Positions 52,246-64,000 of a DNA stretch of 64,000 bases are shown here, piece by piece; positions within the stretch are counted from its first letter, which is position 1, and each line of letters opens with the position of its first letter. The DNA is from Eledone cirrhosa (lineage: Eukaryota): positions 374,356,001-374,420,000 of the forward strand of contig OZ024743.1 in the NCBI GenBank assembly GCA_964016885.1, given 5' to 3'. The translations under genes were made by a program, and so were the position numbers. Under the pieces are notes generated by a model. It worked only from the letters and a program-made list of their open reading frames with translations, made no database searches and was not told where the DNA came from.

Positions 52246-54325
52246 GATAGCAACTAACAGTGCTGCGATCGAATGTGGCTTTTTAGCCCAGCCAATGATC
52301 CAAAATGTCTTGCACAGAGTCGGCAACCAAAACATTTACTGGGAATAGTCGGCTGTGGTTGGAGTTCGTGTACTTTTGCATGTCGCTTGAGTCCTCCTGC
52401 TGATTTACATTCTCTACCACATGTTTGGCAAGCATGATGAGTAGCATCTCCAACAGCAGCCTGGTAGTCAACCACTGGTCTTACTTTATGACTGCGAAGA
52501 TGACTTTCGAGTCCAGCTTTGCTTAGGCAGAGTCTCGCACAGACGCTGCATGTCAGAAACATAGGAGGACCCTCGCCGTCTGGAAGTGCAACAGCAATAC
52601 CCTTCCTCACGTCCCGCTTTACTTTCTCGTGTGCGATTCGAGATGCCTCAAAGGCAACTTTTCCCTCATATACAGTCTTTCTCCATTTATTACGATCAGC
52701 AGCAATATTTTCCCATGTATCAGCAGAGATGTTAGCGTCTTTCAGAGAGGCCTTCAAGGAATCCTTATACCTCTTTTTTGGTTTATGTGGCGGTCGTTTT
52801 CCTTTAACCAACTCTCCATAGAAGAGTTGTTTTGGTATTCTAGAATCCTTCATCCTGGCAAGGTGACCACTCCAACGGAGTCGCTGCTTAAGCACAAGAG
52901 CTTCTATACTGTCACACATAGAGCTTTCCAAAATCTCGACATCACTGATGTGGTCCCTCCAGCGAACGCCATGTATCCGTCTGAGACACATCTGATGGAA
53001 ACGCTCCAATTGCTTAAGGTGGCGTCGATATGTGACCCAGGTCTCGCAGGCATAAAGAAGACAAGAGAGTACACATGCCCTGTACACCTTTACCTTTGTC
53101 CTCCTGCATATGTCTCGCCGACCCCAGAGTCGCCTTTCTAGCTTTCCGAAAGCATCACTTGCTTTCCTAATCCTAAGTGAGATTTCACTGTCAAGGTTGC
53201 CGTATCGATTGACAGTGCTTCCCAGGTAGACAAACTGATCAACCACTCCAAGTCGTCTGCCATACACATAGATGTTTGGTTCAGTGTACTGCCTACCAGG
53301 TGCAGGTTGGTACATGACGACGGTTTTCTTGAGACTGACAGTCAAACCCAGGGCAGTGCAAGCGTCAGAAAATACATTCAAAATGTGCTGCATATCACTC
53401 TCTGTGTGCGCTACAAGATCGCAATCATCTGCATACAAGAGGTCTCTTATGACTGATGTAAATACTTTTGTCTTCGCAGCAAAGCGCCTGATGTTAAATA
53501 TGCTGCCTGAGGTTCGATATCGGATGTAAACACCATGCTCGCAATTCCTGAATGCAATACAGAAAACCATTGCAAAGTATATGGCAAACAGGGTCGGTGC
53601 TGGAATATCCCCCTGTTTCACTCCATTTTTTACTGAGATAGGCTCCGACATGTTACCTCCGACATTAACCCAAGCCTTCATGTCGTCATGGAAAGACCTA
53701 ACTAAAGCAAGGAACTTATCAGGGCAACCAAGTTTCTGGAGAACCTTCCATAATGCATCTCTGTTGACAGTATCGAAAGCCTTTGTCAGATCGACAAAAA
53801 CCTGATACAGATCCAAGCCCTGTTCAATGCACTTCTCCTGGAGCTGTCTAGCTGAGAAGATCATATCAGTAGTGCCGCGTCCAACACGAAAACCAGATTG
53901 ACTTTCAGGAAGGACACAATCTGCAATGTGTGTCAGCAGACGGTCCAGAAGCACCCTACATAAAACTTTCCCCACGACAGAAAGCAATGATATACCTCTG
54001 TAGTTCCCACAATCATTCCTGTTACCCTTTCCCTTGTACAAGACCACCATTACTGCATCTCTCCAGTCCTCAGGCACGGATTCATTAGCCCATATCCTTC
54101 CAAACAGAGAGTGAAGATGTTGCAGGAGTCTCTCACCACCATATTGTAGGAGCTCAGCATGTATGCCATCCATACCTGGAGATCTTCCACTGTTCAGCTT
54201 CGAAATAGCCACTGCAACCTCCACAAGTGTCGGAGGCTCTGCGAGAGCTACTTTCACAGGACTTTCCGGAATGAGATTGAGGAAATCTTCACTGACGACA
54301 GACGGCTGATTCAAAAGATCATCAA
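52022..54325 (-). mobile_element. RTE-clade LINE, 5'-truncated, (TATG)n tail; 3' UTR contains microsatellites
   Basis: Terminal ggccatactcgataacgagggggcagccatc(atgt)n; RT ORF. Confidence 0.93.
52254..54325 (-). CDS. RTE reverse transcriptase with three C-terminal C2H2 zinc fingers (endonuclease missing)
   Basis: NYRGISLLS, PESQSGFR, FVDLTKAFDTV, GVKQG, LLYADD, FVYLGS, LRWSGH; CSVC..H..H, CQTC..H..H, CRLC..H..H. Confidence 0.93.
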
Positions 54326-54502
54326 TATATACATACATACATACATACATACGACAGACGGCTGATTCAAAAGATCATCAATATATACATACATACATAC
54401 ATACATACATACATACATACCTACATACATACCTACATACATACATACATACATACATACATACATACATACATGCATACATACATACATACATACATAC
54501 AT

Positions 54503-54790
54503 GGAGGCACTCCGTCGGTTACGACGACGGGTGTTCTAGTTGATCCGATCAACGGAACAGCCTGCCCATGAAATTAACATGCAAGTGGCTGAGCATTCCA
54601 TAAATACGCGTGCCCTTAACGCAGTTCTCTGGGAGATTCAGCGTGACAAGGCTGGCCATTCGAACTACAGGTACAACCTATTTTTGCCAGTTGATTGGAC
54701 TGGAGCAACGTGATTAAAGTGTCTTGCTCAAGTACAGAGCACACCGGCGGAATCGATCTGGTGACCTTCGATAGTGATCTGAATTGTTTA
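54503..54790 (-). mobile_element. SINE family 2
   Basis: Reverse complement of the 47017-47340 family. Confidence 0.85.
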
Positions 54791-54989
54791 GGTCACCTTT
54801 TCTAGACCCTTTCAATGTGAACAGTGCGTCCTCAAAAAGGGCTGCTCAGACGTTCCTTTCGGGGTCGATAAAGAAAGTACTGGCATAGTCCTGTTGCAGC
54901 CCTTGTTCATTCTAGCTGTCACATCCTGGATGTTGTGCTGAATCAAAGAAAGGAGGATCGATTCAGGGAACATCTACAACTGCATAGTG

Positions 54990-55298
54990 TACCTAAACAT
55001 CTTTTCACGCTCAGAGTTGCTGAAGCATGGAACAAACTACCTGCATCAGTTGTTAGCTGTTGAGACACTGCATCCTTCAAAACTTCCATGCTTCCTGAAA
55101 TTCGCCAACACTACACCTGAAATTCCCCCTCCATACACACGTACGTATGTATCTGTGTGTATATCATGACTCATACACTGTTCACATTCATGACATTTAT
55201 ACATTATTCTATGTACTATACATGCACCTTTGATGAGTTGTAGTGCACCTGAGCACTGTACACAATAATGTCATTTTGTGGTTACTATTATTATTATT
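54990..55298 (+). mobile_element. CR1/L2-like LINE 3' end with (ATT)n tail
   Basis: FTLRVAEAWNKLPASVV..TASFK; end gtgcacctgagcactgtacacaataa. Confidence 0.75.
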
Positions 55299-55299
55299 A

Positions 55300-58200
55300 C
55301 AGTTGCATTTATCTTGCTTTATGTTCATACGAGTTATCACCAAGTCACAACCAGTGACCTCAAGAGACAACAAGGTCCGCCATGTTCAAGAAAGAACATA
55401 CATACTCACACATGCATCTTTAGTGTTTAGACTTGTGATGTACTTATATTGACAGAATCTTCCTTAGTATATGGGCAGTTCCCATTAGTACTATCTTTTG
55501 TATTTCTCCTATACGCGGGTTTCCTGGGATTTGCGATAAGTAGTCGTTAGACCCCTTAAGTATCATTCCCAGAGCGCCTACAACCACTGGTATTGTTTTA
55601 GTTCTCAATTTCCACATTTTTCCAATTTCTATCTCCAGGTCCTTATACTTGCTCAATTTTTCAAATGTTTTTATAGATACATTCTTGTCTATTGGAACAG
55701 ACATATCAATTAGCAGGCATACCCTCCTTTGAAAGTCCTTCAATATTATATCAGGTCTATTTGCATCTATTTTTCGGTCTGTTTGGATGCTAAAGTTCCA
55801 CAAGATTGAGATGTGATCTTTTTCAAGTATGGGAGGTGGTTGATGCTCCCACCAATTCTTTTGATGGGGCAGGTCAAAATGCTTACACATTATCCAATGT
55901 ATGTATTGTGCAGCTCTGTCATGCCTGTTTAGGTATTCGGTTGGAGCTATAGGACTGCACATTGAAATTATATGGTCAATGGTCTCTGGTTGTTTTTTGC
56001 ATACACGGCATAATGGGCTGCACCCATTTTTTTATTATGTTGGCTTGGCAATTTTTTGTTGGCAGACACTGATCTTGTGCCGATATAATCAGTCCTTCAG
56101 TCTCCGATTTCAGTCCAGAGGATGCCAACCACTGATGGGTTAAAGTTTTGTCAACATCAGGATTGTTAGCTCGCTCTGGGTATTTTCCATACAGAGGCTT
56201 TTCTTGCCATTTCTTAGCCAGTTTCTGTAGCAGTTCTTTCTTTGCAGTTACTTTTACCTGCTTTGCTTTTTCTGTGTTTTCCATTTCAGCAGTAAATGCG
56301 ACTTCTGAAATTTGTAGTCCATTACTGTATCTTTGTGCATCTTTTGTAATGGAATATGATCTTTTGGTGCTTTCGTGTTTCAAAACGAGTTTGATCATCC
56401 AATCATGTGATTCCCTTAGATATGTGGATAATACAATTGTTGCAGTTTTCAACGCAATGTCTAACTGGATTAACCCACGTCCTCCTTCTTTCCTTGGGAG
56501 ATATATTCTATCTATGTCTGCCTTAGGGTGATGCATTCTGTGCATGGTTAAGAATTTTCGGATTTTGGTATCGAGCCTACGGATCTCTGTGCTTGACCAG
56601 TTGATGACATTGTAACTGTAGGTTACTACTGGTATGGCATCGATCCTATTCCTTGCATTCAATTCCGTTCTTAAGATTGCTCTGACTCTGCGGTAACATT
56701 CCTTCCTTATCCTTTCCCTCATTGTCGAGTGCTTGATTCAGTCTCCTTCACAAACACCTAGATATTTGTAAGTTTTTTCTTGATCAAGCTCTCTTATCAC
56801 GTTCCCCCGATCAAGATTAATGTCTGAACTCTTCAGCAGCTTTCCTCTGGTGAACGTTGCTTTGGCGCATTTATCCAGTCCAAACTCCATTTTAATGTCA
56901 TCACTGAACTGCTTCACAGTGGATAATAGCCCTTGCAATTGTTCATCATTTTTTGCAAATAGTTTCAGGTCATCCATGTAGAACAGGTGATTAATGGTTT
57001 TGTCATAGACTCTATATCCATGTTTTGTTTCATTGAGCATTTTACTTAATGGTATAAGTGCGATGCAGAATAAAAGTGGTGATAAAGAGTCATCCTGAAA
57101 AATTCCACAATTAATGTTAACTTCTCCAGCTTCCAGTGATTTTGTTTCACTATTCAAAAGGAGTGTCGTTCTCCATGTCCTCATACTGAATGACAAAAAC
57201 CTCCTGACAACGGGGGATATTTTGAAAATCTCTAAACATTTTTCAATCCAACTGTGTGGCAAACTATCGAATGCTTTTTTATAATCTATCCAAGCAATCG
57301 ATAGATTTTTGTGTCTATTATGACAATCTTCCAGTATCATTTTGTTAACCAGAAGCTGATCCTTACAGCCACATGAGCCTCGTTTACACCCTTTCTGCTC
57401 AATGGGAAATAGGTCATTTGTTATCAGGTGGTCATATGTGTATTCAGTTAGGACAGATGTTAAAATTTTATACATTGTGGTCAAGCAGGTTATCGGTCTG
57501 TAATTTTTGGGATTGTTTGTCTCATCATTCTTCGGTAGCAGGAATGTAATGCCGTTAACTAGCCATGATGGTATCTTTTCTGGCTCCTTAACTATTCCAT
57601 TGTAAAGTTGGGCTAACACCTCATGAGACTCTGTGAAGGCATTTATCCAAAAGTTTTGTATTTTGTCTTTTCCTGGAGATTTCCATTTGCTGGTTTTTCT
57701 TAGAGCCAAGCGCAGCTGTTCAACTGTTATATTTTCCCATGTTTGTTCTTCAAGGTGAGCTGTTTCTTTCATTTGTCTGTCTATCCATGGGGCATGTATG
57801 TTATGAACTTTTTCTTCGGCCCAGATCTTTTCCCAGAATTCTTGCACTTCCTCCTTGGGTGGTATTGATTTAGCAGTTATTGTTGACTTACCAATTTTTC
57901 TGTAGAAGTTTCTTTGGTTGTTTTTGAACATATTATTGTCCTCATAGAATCTAGATCGTTTTTCAAAGCGCCTTATACGAGCAGCTTTGGCCGACACTTT
58001 TTGCTTGATTGTTTCTATCAGCATGTCTATGTCACATGTTGATCTTATACTGTACTTTTTTTTCAATTTTCTAAGTTTAGTTTGTTTAACATGTTCACCT
58101 ACTTTATAGTTTGTTAAAATTTCTATGTCAGATCGGAGAAGGTTTATTTGGCGATTGATGTTCTCTTGCCAAGTAGATTTCTTGTGGGAATTCCTTTGTT

Positions 58201-59240
58201 TTTTCATCTTCACTCCACATAAGTGAGTGGTGACTTTAGCCGATGCATAATAGAGATGATTTAAATCAGTAATGTTTAGTTTGTTTGTGATGATAATGTT
58301 TTTGAGAATTATGTTAGTCTTGTGTATTATCTTTTGGTTCTGTTTGGAGATCTGTATCTTAGGGAGGGTGTCTCGTTGCCCCATGTCAGATTCTTTCATT
58401 TTCATCCATTCGATCATAATTTCATCCTTCAAGTTGGCAAGTTCATTCTCATTCATTTCTTTATCATTTACGATCTCATTATTTTCATTTGGAGTTTCAT
58501 CCTGAGCATGCATTCCCTCCACTTTTTCGCTCCTTTCTTTAATTTGTTCTGTTGCCAGTGATTCCGCCCCAACCCTGGGATTCGAAGTGTTACAGTTTAC
58601 CTCGTTTTCACTGACACATGTTTCATTTTCCCTTCGCTGACTTTGTGCTACTAGCTTGATCTGATCAATTTCTATATCAGTTAGTAACTTTTTTCTTACA
58701 ATATTTCTTCCTATATTGGCTAGTTTGTTACTGTCAATATAGCCTCTGTTTTCGGGATGTTTCTTTTTCCAGTTGATATATGTTTGTTCTGTATTCGATG
58801 TATTTGATGGGTAGTACATGGCAGTGTAGAAAGCCTCAAGGACTTCTTTATTATCTTCCCTTGACCATTTTTCTCTCTTTTTCTTTGGATTTCTTGGTGG
58901 TGAGCATGGAGGGCCAACAGTAGGAGTATTCCGGTTATGGGAGGTCTCCAGCTCCGAAGTGATTGGAAGGTTTGAACCATTAGTTGATTTTTCGACCCCG
59001 GTGTTGTTCCTCTCTGAGGGACGCGGCCCTTTTTTACCCGGGTGACGGCCGATCCGGTATGAGATTTTATCATTAGACATTTACTTTATTTTGTCGCGTT
59101 TTATCCTTATCCGCCAAGGGGTAATCATTTCGTGTTACCACTTCTATAACGAGTGTCAACCAAGACTAGAGGGGTCGTTCTCCCCTAGAGACATGGCTAT
59201 TCCCCGGCGGCCGCCATCCCGGTATTTCTTGGTCACGGGG
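55300..59240 (-). mobile_element. Dong/R4 family C copy 2, complete ORF span (59080->55444) with a stop at 56738 and a frameshift near 56030
   Basis: KWSREDN..EAFY N-terminus, RT, CCHC, RHD, NRPDII; the upstream region may extend to ~60046. Confidence 0.93.
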
Positions 59241-60046
59241 TTTTCTTTTTGTTGTTTTTTTTTAAAAATTGTTATTATCATGAGTGGTTCCTTAATGTGA
59301 GCATTGCGTGGCTTAAGAATGAAATTATTAATAATTGTCTCCACTCCAGGCACAAGGCCAGCAATCACCCAGTGCATTACAATAATATAATATACTTTTT
59401 GTTGTAGTTGGCTGTTATTGTTGTTGGTTATGTCGGTGGAGGTGCCGGGGCTTTTTATATTGTTGGTGAGGAAGGGGTGAGCCAGCAGTCCCATAATTGT
59501 TGATGTAGACGTTTGGCCGTGGCAAGGTCACCAAGTCAATCTACTTATATCTTTTGCTAGCCTCTCTCTTGTCTAGTGCTACCGCCACCTTCCCTTTTCT
59601 CTCTCAAGTTAACAGGGGAATAGTGTCAGTAGCATTGAATGAGTGGTGGCGGCGATGATGGATGTGGTGGGGTGGTGGCAGCGGTGGTGTTGTGGTTACT
59701 GATATAGTATCTATGAGTTTGTGTTCGTATGTTTAATATATATTTTCATTATATTTTGTGTTGACATATTCCCGTAAAATTTGAATTAAACATTTTTTAA
59801 AATTTGAGACAATAATAATAGTAATTATTATTATGATGCTGGTGAACTTATATTTAGTGTGATGGGATAGGTAGTGTATCAAGTGTATCAAGTTTCTGGT
59901 GTTGGTGAAATTGAAATTGCTGCTGTTCTATATAGTGTAGACAGAGGGTGTTTTGTTCCATTTATAACCATTTTCTTTTTTGAATACAAAATATATAATA
60001 CAAAATTGAATATTTGAGCGATACAACAATATAATATGGATCCGAA

Positions 60047-62126
60047 ACCTGCAGCCTCAGATATTCAGGACGTATCGGAGGGTTCTTGCTGTTCCCAGCA
60101 AGCATGCCTTTTGAAGCGTTCCAAAAAGCGTGAAGGGGCCGATTTTCTTTAACTATCCCTGGAAACTTTTGGAGATAGTCCCCAGTGCGCCTATGACAAT
60201 CGGGATCACTTTGACTTCATGGCATTTTCAAATCCTTTTTACCTCCCACTTTAAGTCCTGGTATCGGTTAATTTTCTCCCTCTCCTTCTCTTACACTCTC
60301 GTGTCGAATGGGCAGGCCACATCCACAATCAGACACGATCTTTTTTCTTTGTCCACAACCACCAGGTCAGGTCTATTGTGTTCCAGTTTCTTGTCCGTCT
60401 GTATCCTAAAATCCCACAGCACCTTCACCTGATCGTTCTCCATCACCGCCTCTGGCCTATGCTCATACCATTTCTCAGAATGTGGTAAATTGTTTACTTT
60501 GCACAGGTGCCAGTGGACCACCCTGCCCATCACATCATGTCTCCAGCCCTTATAGTGGGTCTGGGCTAGGTGTTTACACTCGGATACAATGTGAGCCACA
60601 GTCTCCTCTCTCTCTCCACAGATCCTGCACAGTGGGCTAGCCTCCTCCTTGTAAATATGGTGTTTCAACCACTTCGTTTTGAGGGTCTGCTCCTGCGCAG
60701 TCATTAACATTCCTTCTGTAGCCTTTTTGAGGTCTCCTCTTCTCAACCAGTTCCTTGTCTGTGGATCTCTAAATTCAGTTTTCTCAAAGAAGGTACTATG
60801 AAGGGATTTTCCCTGAAGGCTGCTCTTTCTCCTTGATGTTATTTCCTCCTTGGATATCCCCTGGCCTATTGTCCCCTCCTTCAGTACAGTTCTGAGCATT
60901 GGCTCCTTACTATCAGTCACGTATTTGTATAGGTTGTTTTTCTCCATCTGAACACAGTCCTCTATGCTGATGAGACCTCTTCCACCCTCAGATCTCCTTA
61001 GGTAGAGTCTATCGACATCACTCCTCTTGTGGAACATGTTGTAGATAGTCAATAGCTTCCTAGTCTTCCTATCCATTTCTTTTTGTTCAGCAACATTCCA
61101 TCTCAGAATTCCCGCACTGTACCTAATAATAGACACAGCTCGGGAATTTACTGCGCTTATGGCATTTCTGCTGTTCAGATGTGACTTCAATACGCTCCTT
61201 ACTCTCCGAATGTATTCAGTTCTTAACAATTCCTTCATTTTTTTGTTCTTTATGCCATCAGCCTCCAGAACGCCCAAATACTTGTATCCTTCCTCAGAGT
61301 CAATTTCCTTTATCATCTCACCTGTTGGTATCTGGATTCCGTTACTTCTGCTCAACCTACCCCTCCTCATCACAATGACTCCACACTTACTAATACCAAA
61401 CTGCATACATATATCACTGCTGAAAATACGGACAGTGTCAACAAGCACATCCAACTCCTTCTCACTCTTCCCGAAGAGCTTAAGATCGTCCATGAAGAGG
61501 AGGTGATTGATGGTAAGCTCTCCCTTTCCCAACTTGTATCCTGCTCTCACTTTTCGCAGCATAATGGTCAAGGGCATCAGGGCAAGGACAAACAACAGAG
61601 GGGACAGGCTATCTCCCTGGAAGATACCTCTCTTGATCTTCACGCTTCCCAATGATTCTCCAGTTGATGTCAACTCTGTCTCCCAGGACCCCATACTCCT
61701 GCCCAGCAACTGTCTGATGTTATCTGCCACCTTGAAGATCTCTAGGCTTTTGGTGATCCAAGAATGAGGCACCATGTCAAATGCCTTTCTGTAGTCTATC
61801 CATCCCATGGCAAGATCAGTGTGTCTCCTCCTGCAATTCCCCATTACCATCTTATCAATAAGTAACTGGTCCTTTGTACCACGTGACTTCTTTCGGCATC
61901 CTTTCTGTTCGTCCGGTAACAAGTTGTTTGTGTGGAGGTGATGGTAGATTTCCTCAGACACAATGCTCGTCAACAGTTTCCACATTACGGACAGACATGT
62001 GATAGGTCTATAGTTGGTAACATCATTACCCTTGATTCGGTCTTTCATTATCAGAACTGTGGTACCTTTTGTCAACCACTCTGGCACCTCACCCGACACC
62101 AAGCAGTCATTGAACATGGCCGTCAG

Positions 62127-62127
<1 letters not shown>
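60047..62127 (-). mobile_element. Dong family B copy 4 (5'-truncated, most of 3' UTR missing, premature stop at 60291)
   Basis: ORF 60291-62117 nearly identical to B1 and B2. Confidence 0.93.
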
Positions 62128-62204
<77 letters not shown>

Positions 62205-62211
62205 GTTGTTA

Positions 62212-62681
62212 TTCCTTGAATCTCAGTCATTGATGTTGGTTAACTGGAAAGTCCGTTGGATTGAATATCAAGCCACTACCTGCAGCCTCAGATATTCAGG
62301 ACGTATCGGAGGGTTCTTGCTGTTCCAAGAAAGCATGCCTTTTGAAGCGTTCCAAAAAGCGTGAAGGGGCCGATTTTCTTTAACCATCCCTGGAAACTTT
62401 TGGAGATAGTCCCCAGTGCGCCTATGACAATCGGGATCACTTTGACTTCATGGCAGTTCCAAATCCTTTTCACCTCCCACTTTAGGTCCTGGTATCGGTT
62501 AATTTTCTCCCTCTCCTTCTCTTGCACTCTCGTGTCGAACGGGCAGGCCACATCCACAATCAGGCACGATCTTTTTTCTTTGTCCACAACCACCAGGTCA
62601 GGTCTATTGTGTTCCAGTTTTTTGACCGTCTGTATCCTAAAATCCCACAGCACCTTCACCTGATTGTTCTCCACCACCGCC
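62212..62681 (-). mobile_element. Dong family B copy 5 (3' fragment) between (TTA)n tracts
   Basis: RLE ORF 62288-62677. Confidence 0.94.
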
Positions 62682-62742
<61 letters not shown>

Positions 62743-62752
62743 GTTATTGTTA

Positions 62753-64000
62753 TTCCTTGAATCTCAGTCATTGATGTTGGTTAACTGGAAAGTCCGTTGG
62801 ATTGAATATCAAGCCACTACCTGCAGCCTCAGATATTCAGGACGTATCGGAGGGTTCTTGCCGTTCCAAGCAAGCATGCCTTTTGAAGCGTTTCAAAAAG
62901 CGTGAAGGGGCCGATTTTCTTTAACCATCCCTGGAAACCTTTGGAGATAGCCCCCAGTGCGCCTATGACAATCGGGATCACTTTGACTTCATGGCAGTTC
63001 CAAATCCTTTTCACCTCCCACTTTAGGTCCTGGTATCGGTTAATTTTCTCCCTCTCCTTCTTTTGCACTCTCGTGTCGAACGGGCAGGCCACATCCACAA
63101 TCAGGCACGATCTTTTTTCTTTGTCCACAACCACCAGGTCAGGTCTATTGTGTTCCAGTTTTTTGTCCGTCTGTATCCTAAAATCCCACAGCACCTTCAC
63201 CTGACTGTTCTCCAACACCGCCTCTGGCCTATGCTCATACCATTTCTCAGAATGTGGTAGATTGTTTACTTTGCACAGGTGCCAGTGGATCACCCTGCCC
63301 ATCACATCGTGTCTCCAGCCCTTATAGTGGGTCTGGGCTAGGTGTTTACACTCGGACACAATGTGGGCCACAGTCTCCTCTCTCTCTCCACAGATCCTGC
63401 ACAGTGGGCTAGCCTCCTCCTTGTAGATATGGTGCTTCAACCACTTCGTTTTGAGGGCCTGCTCCTGCGCAGCCATTAGCATTCCTTCTGTAGCCTTTTT
63501 GAGGTCTCCTCTTCTCAACCAGTTCCATGTCTGTGGATCTCTAAATTCAGTTTTCTCAAAGAAGGTACTATGAAGGGATTTTCCCTTAAGGCTGCTCTTC
63601 CTCCTTGATGTTATTTCCTCCTTGGATATCCCCTGGCCTACTGTCCCCTCCTTCAGTACAGCTCTGAGCATTGGCTCCTTACTATAGGTCACGTATTTGT
63701 ATAGGTTGTTTTTCTCCATCTGAACACAGTCCTCTATGCTGATAAGACCTCTTCCACCCTCAGATCTCCTTAGGTAGAGTCTATCGACATCACTCCTCTT
63801 GTGGAACATGTTGTAGATAGTCAATAGCTTCCTAGTCTTCCTATCCATTTCTTTTTGTTCAGCAACATTCCATCTCAGAATTCCCGCACTGTACCTAATA
63901 ATAGACACAGCTCGGGAATTTACTGCGCTTATGGCATTTCTGCTGTTCAGATGTGACTTCAATACGCTCCTTACTCTCCGAATGTATTCAGTTCTTAACA
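62753..64000 (-). mobile_element. Dong family B copy 6, continues beyond the window
   Basis: ORF 62829-63962 and upstream. Confidence 0.95.

Overview
Eukaryotic, AT-rich, repeat-saturated DNA. The SINE and LINE repertoire looks like a coleoid cephalopod such as an octopus (inference). I found no intact host gene. The window is built from retroelements sorted by microsatellite. (i) At least four R4/Dong-type RT plus restriction-like-endonuclease families: two sit only in (TATG)n and two only in (TTA)n, stacked head-to-tail and almost all on the minus strand. (ii) An RTE element with three C2H2 fingers, plus bipartite non-autonomous RTE derivatives with (TATG)n tails. (iii) Penelope-like elements (PLEs) and short non-coding islands in (TA)n tracts, which carry about ten minimal type-I hammerhead ribozyme motifs, some in retrozyme-like units with direct terminal repeats. 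(iv) L1/Tx1 and CR1-like 3' ends, two tRNA-derived SINE families, MITEs and minisatellites. Highlights: the hammerhead-bearing (TA)n islands; a ~190-bp upstream module shared by two divergent Dong families; a SINE 3' end matching the L1/Tx1 3' end; a 24-bp minisatellite grown in frame out of a PLE RT motif; and a perfect 57-bp double-hairpin array. Coordinates were read by eye and may be off by a few bases.
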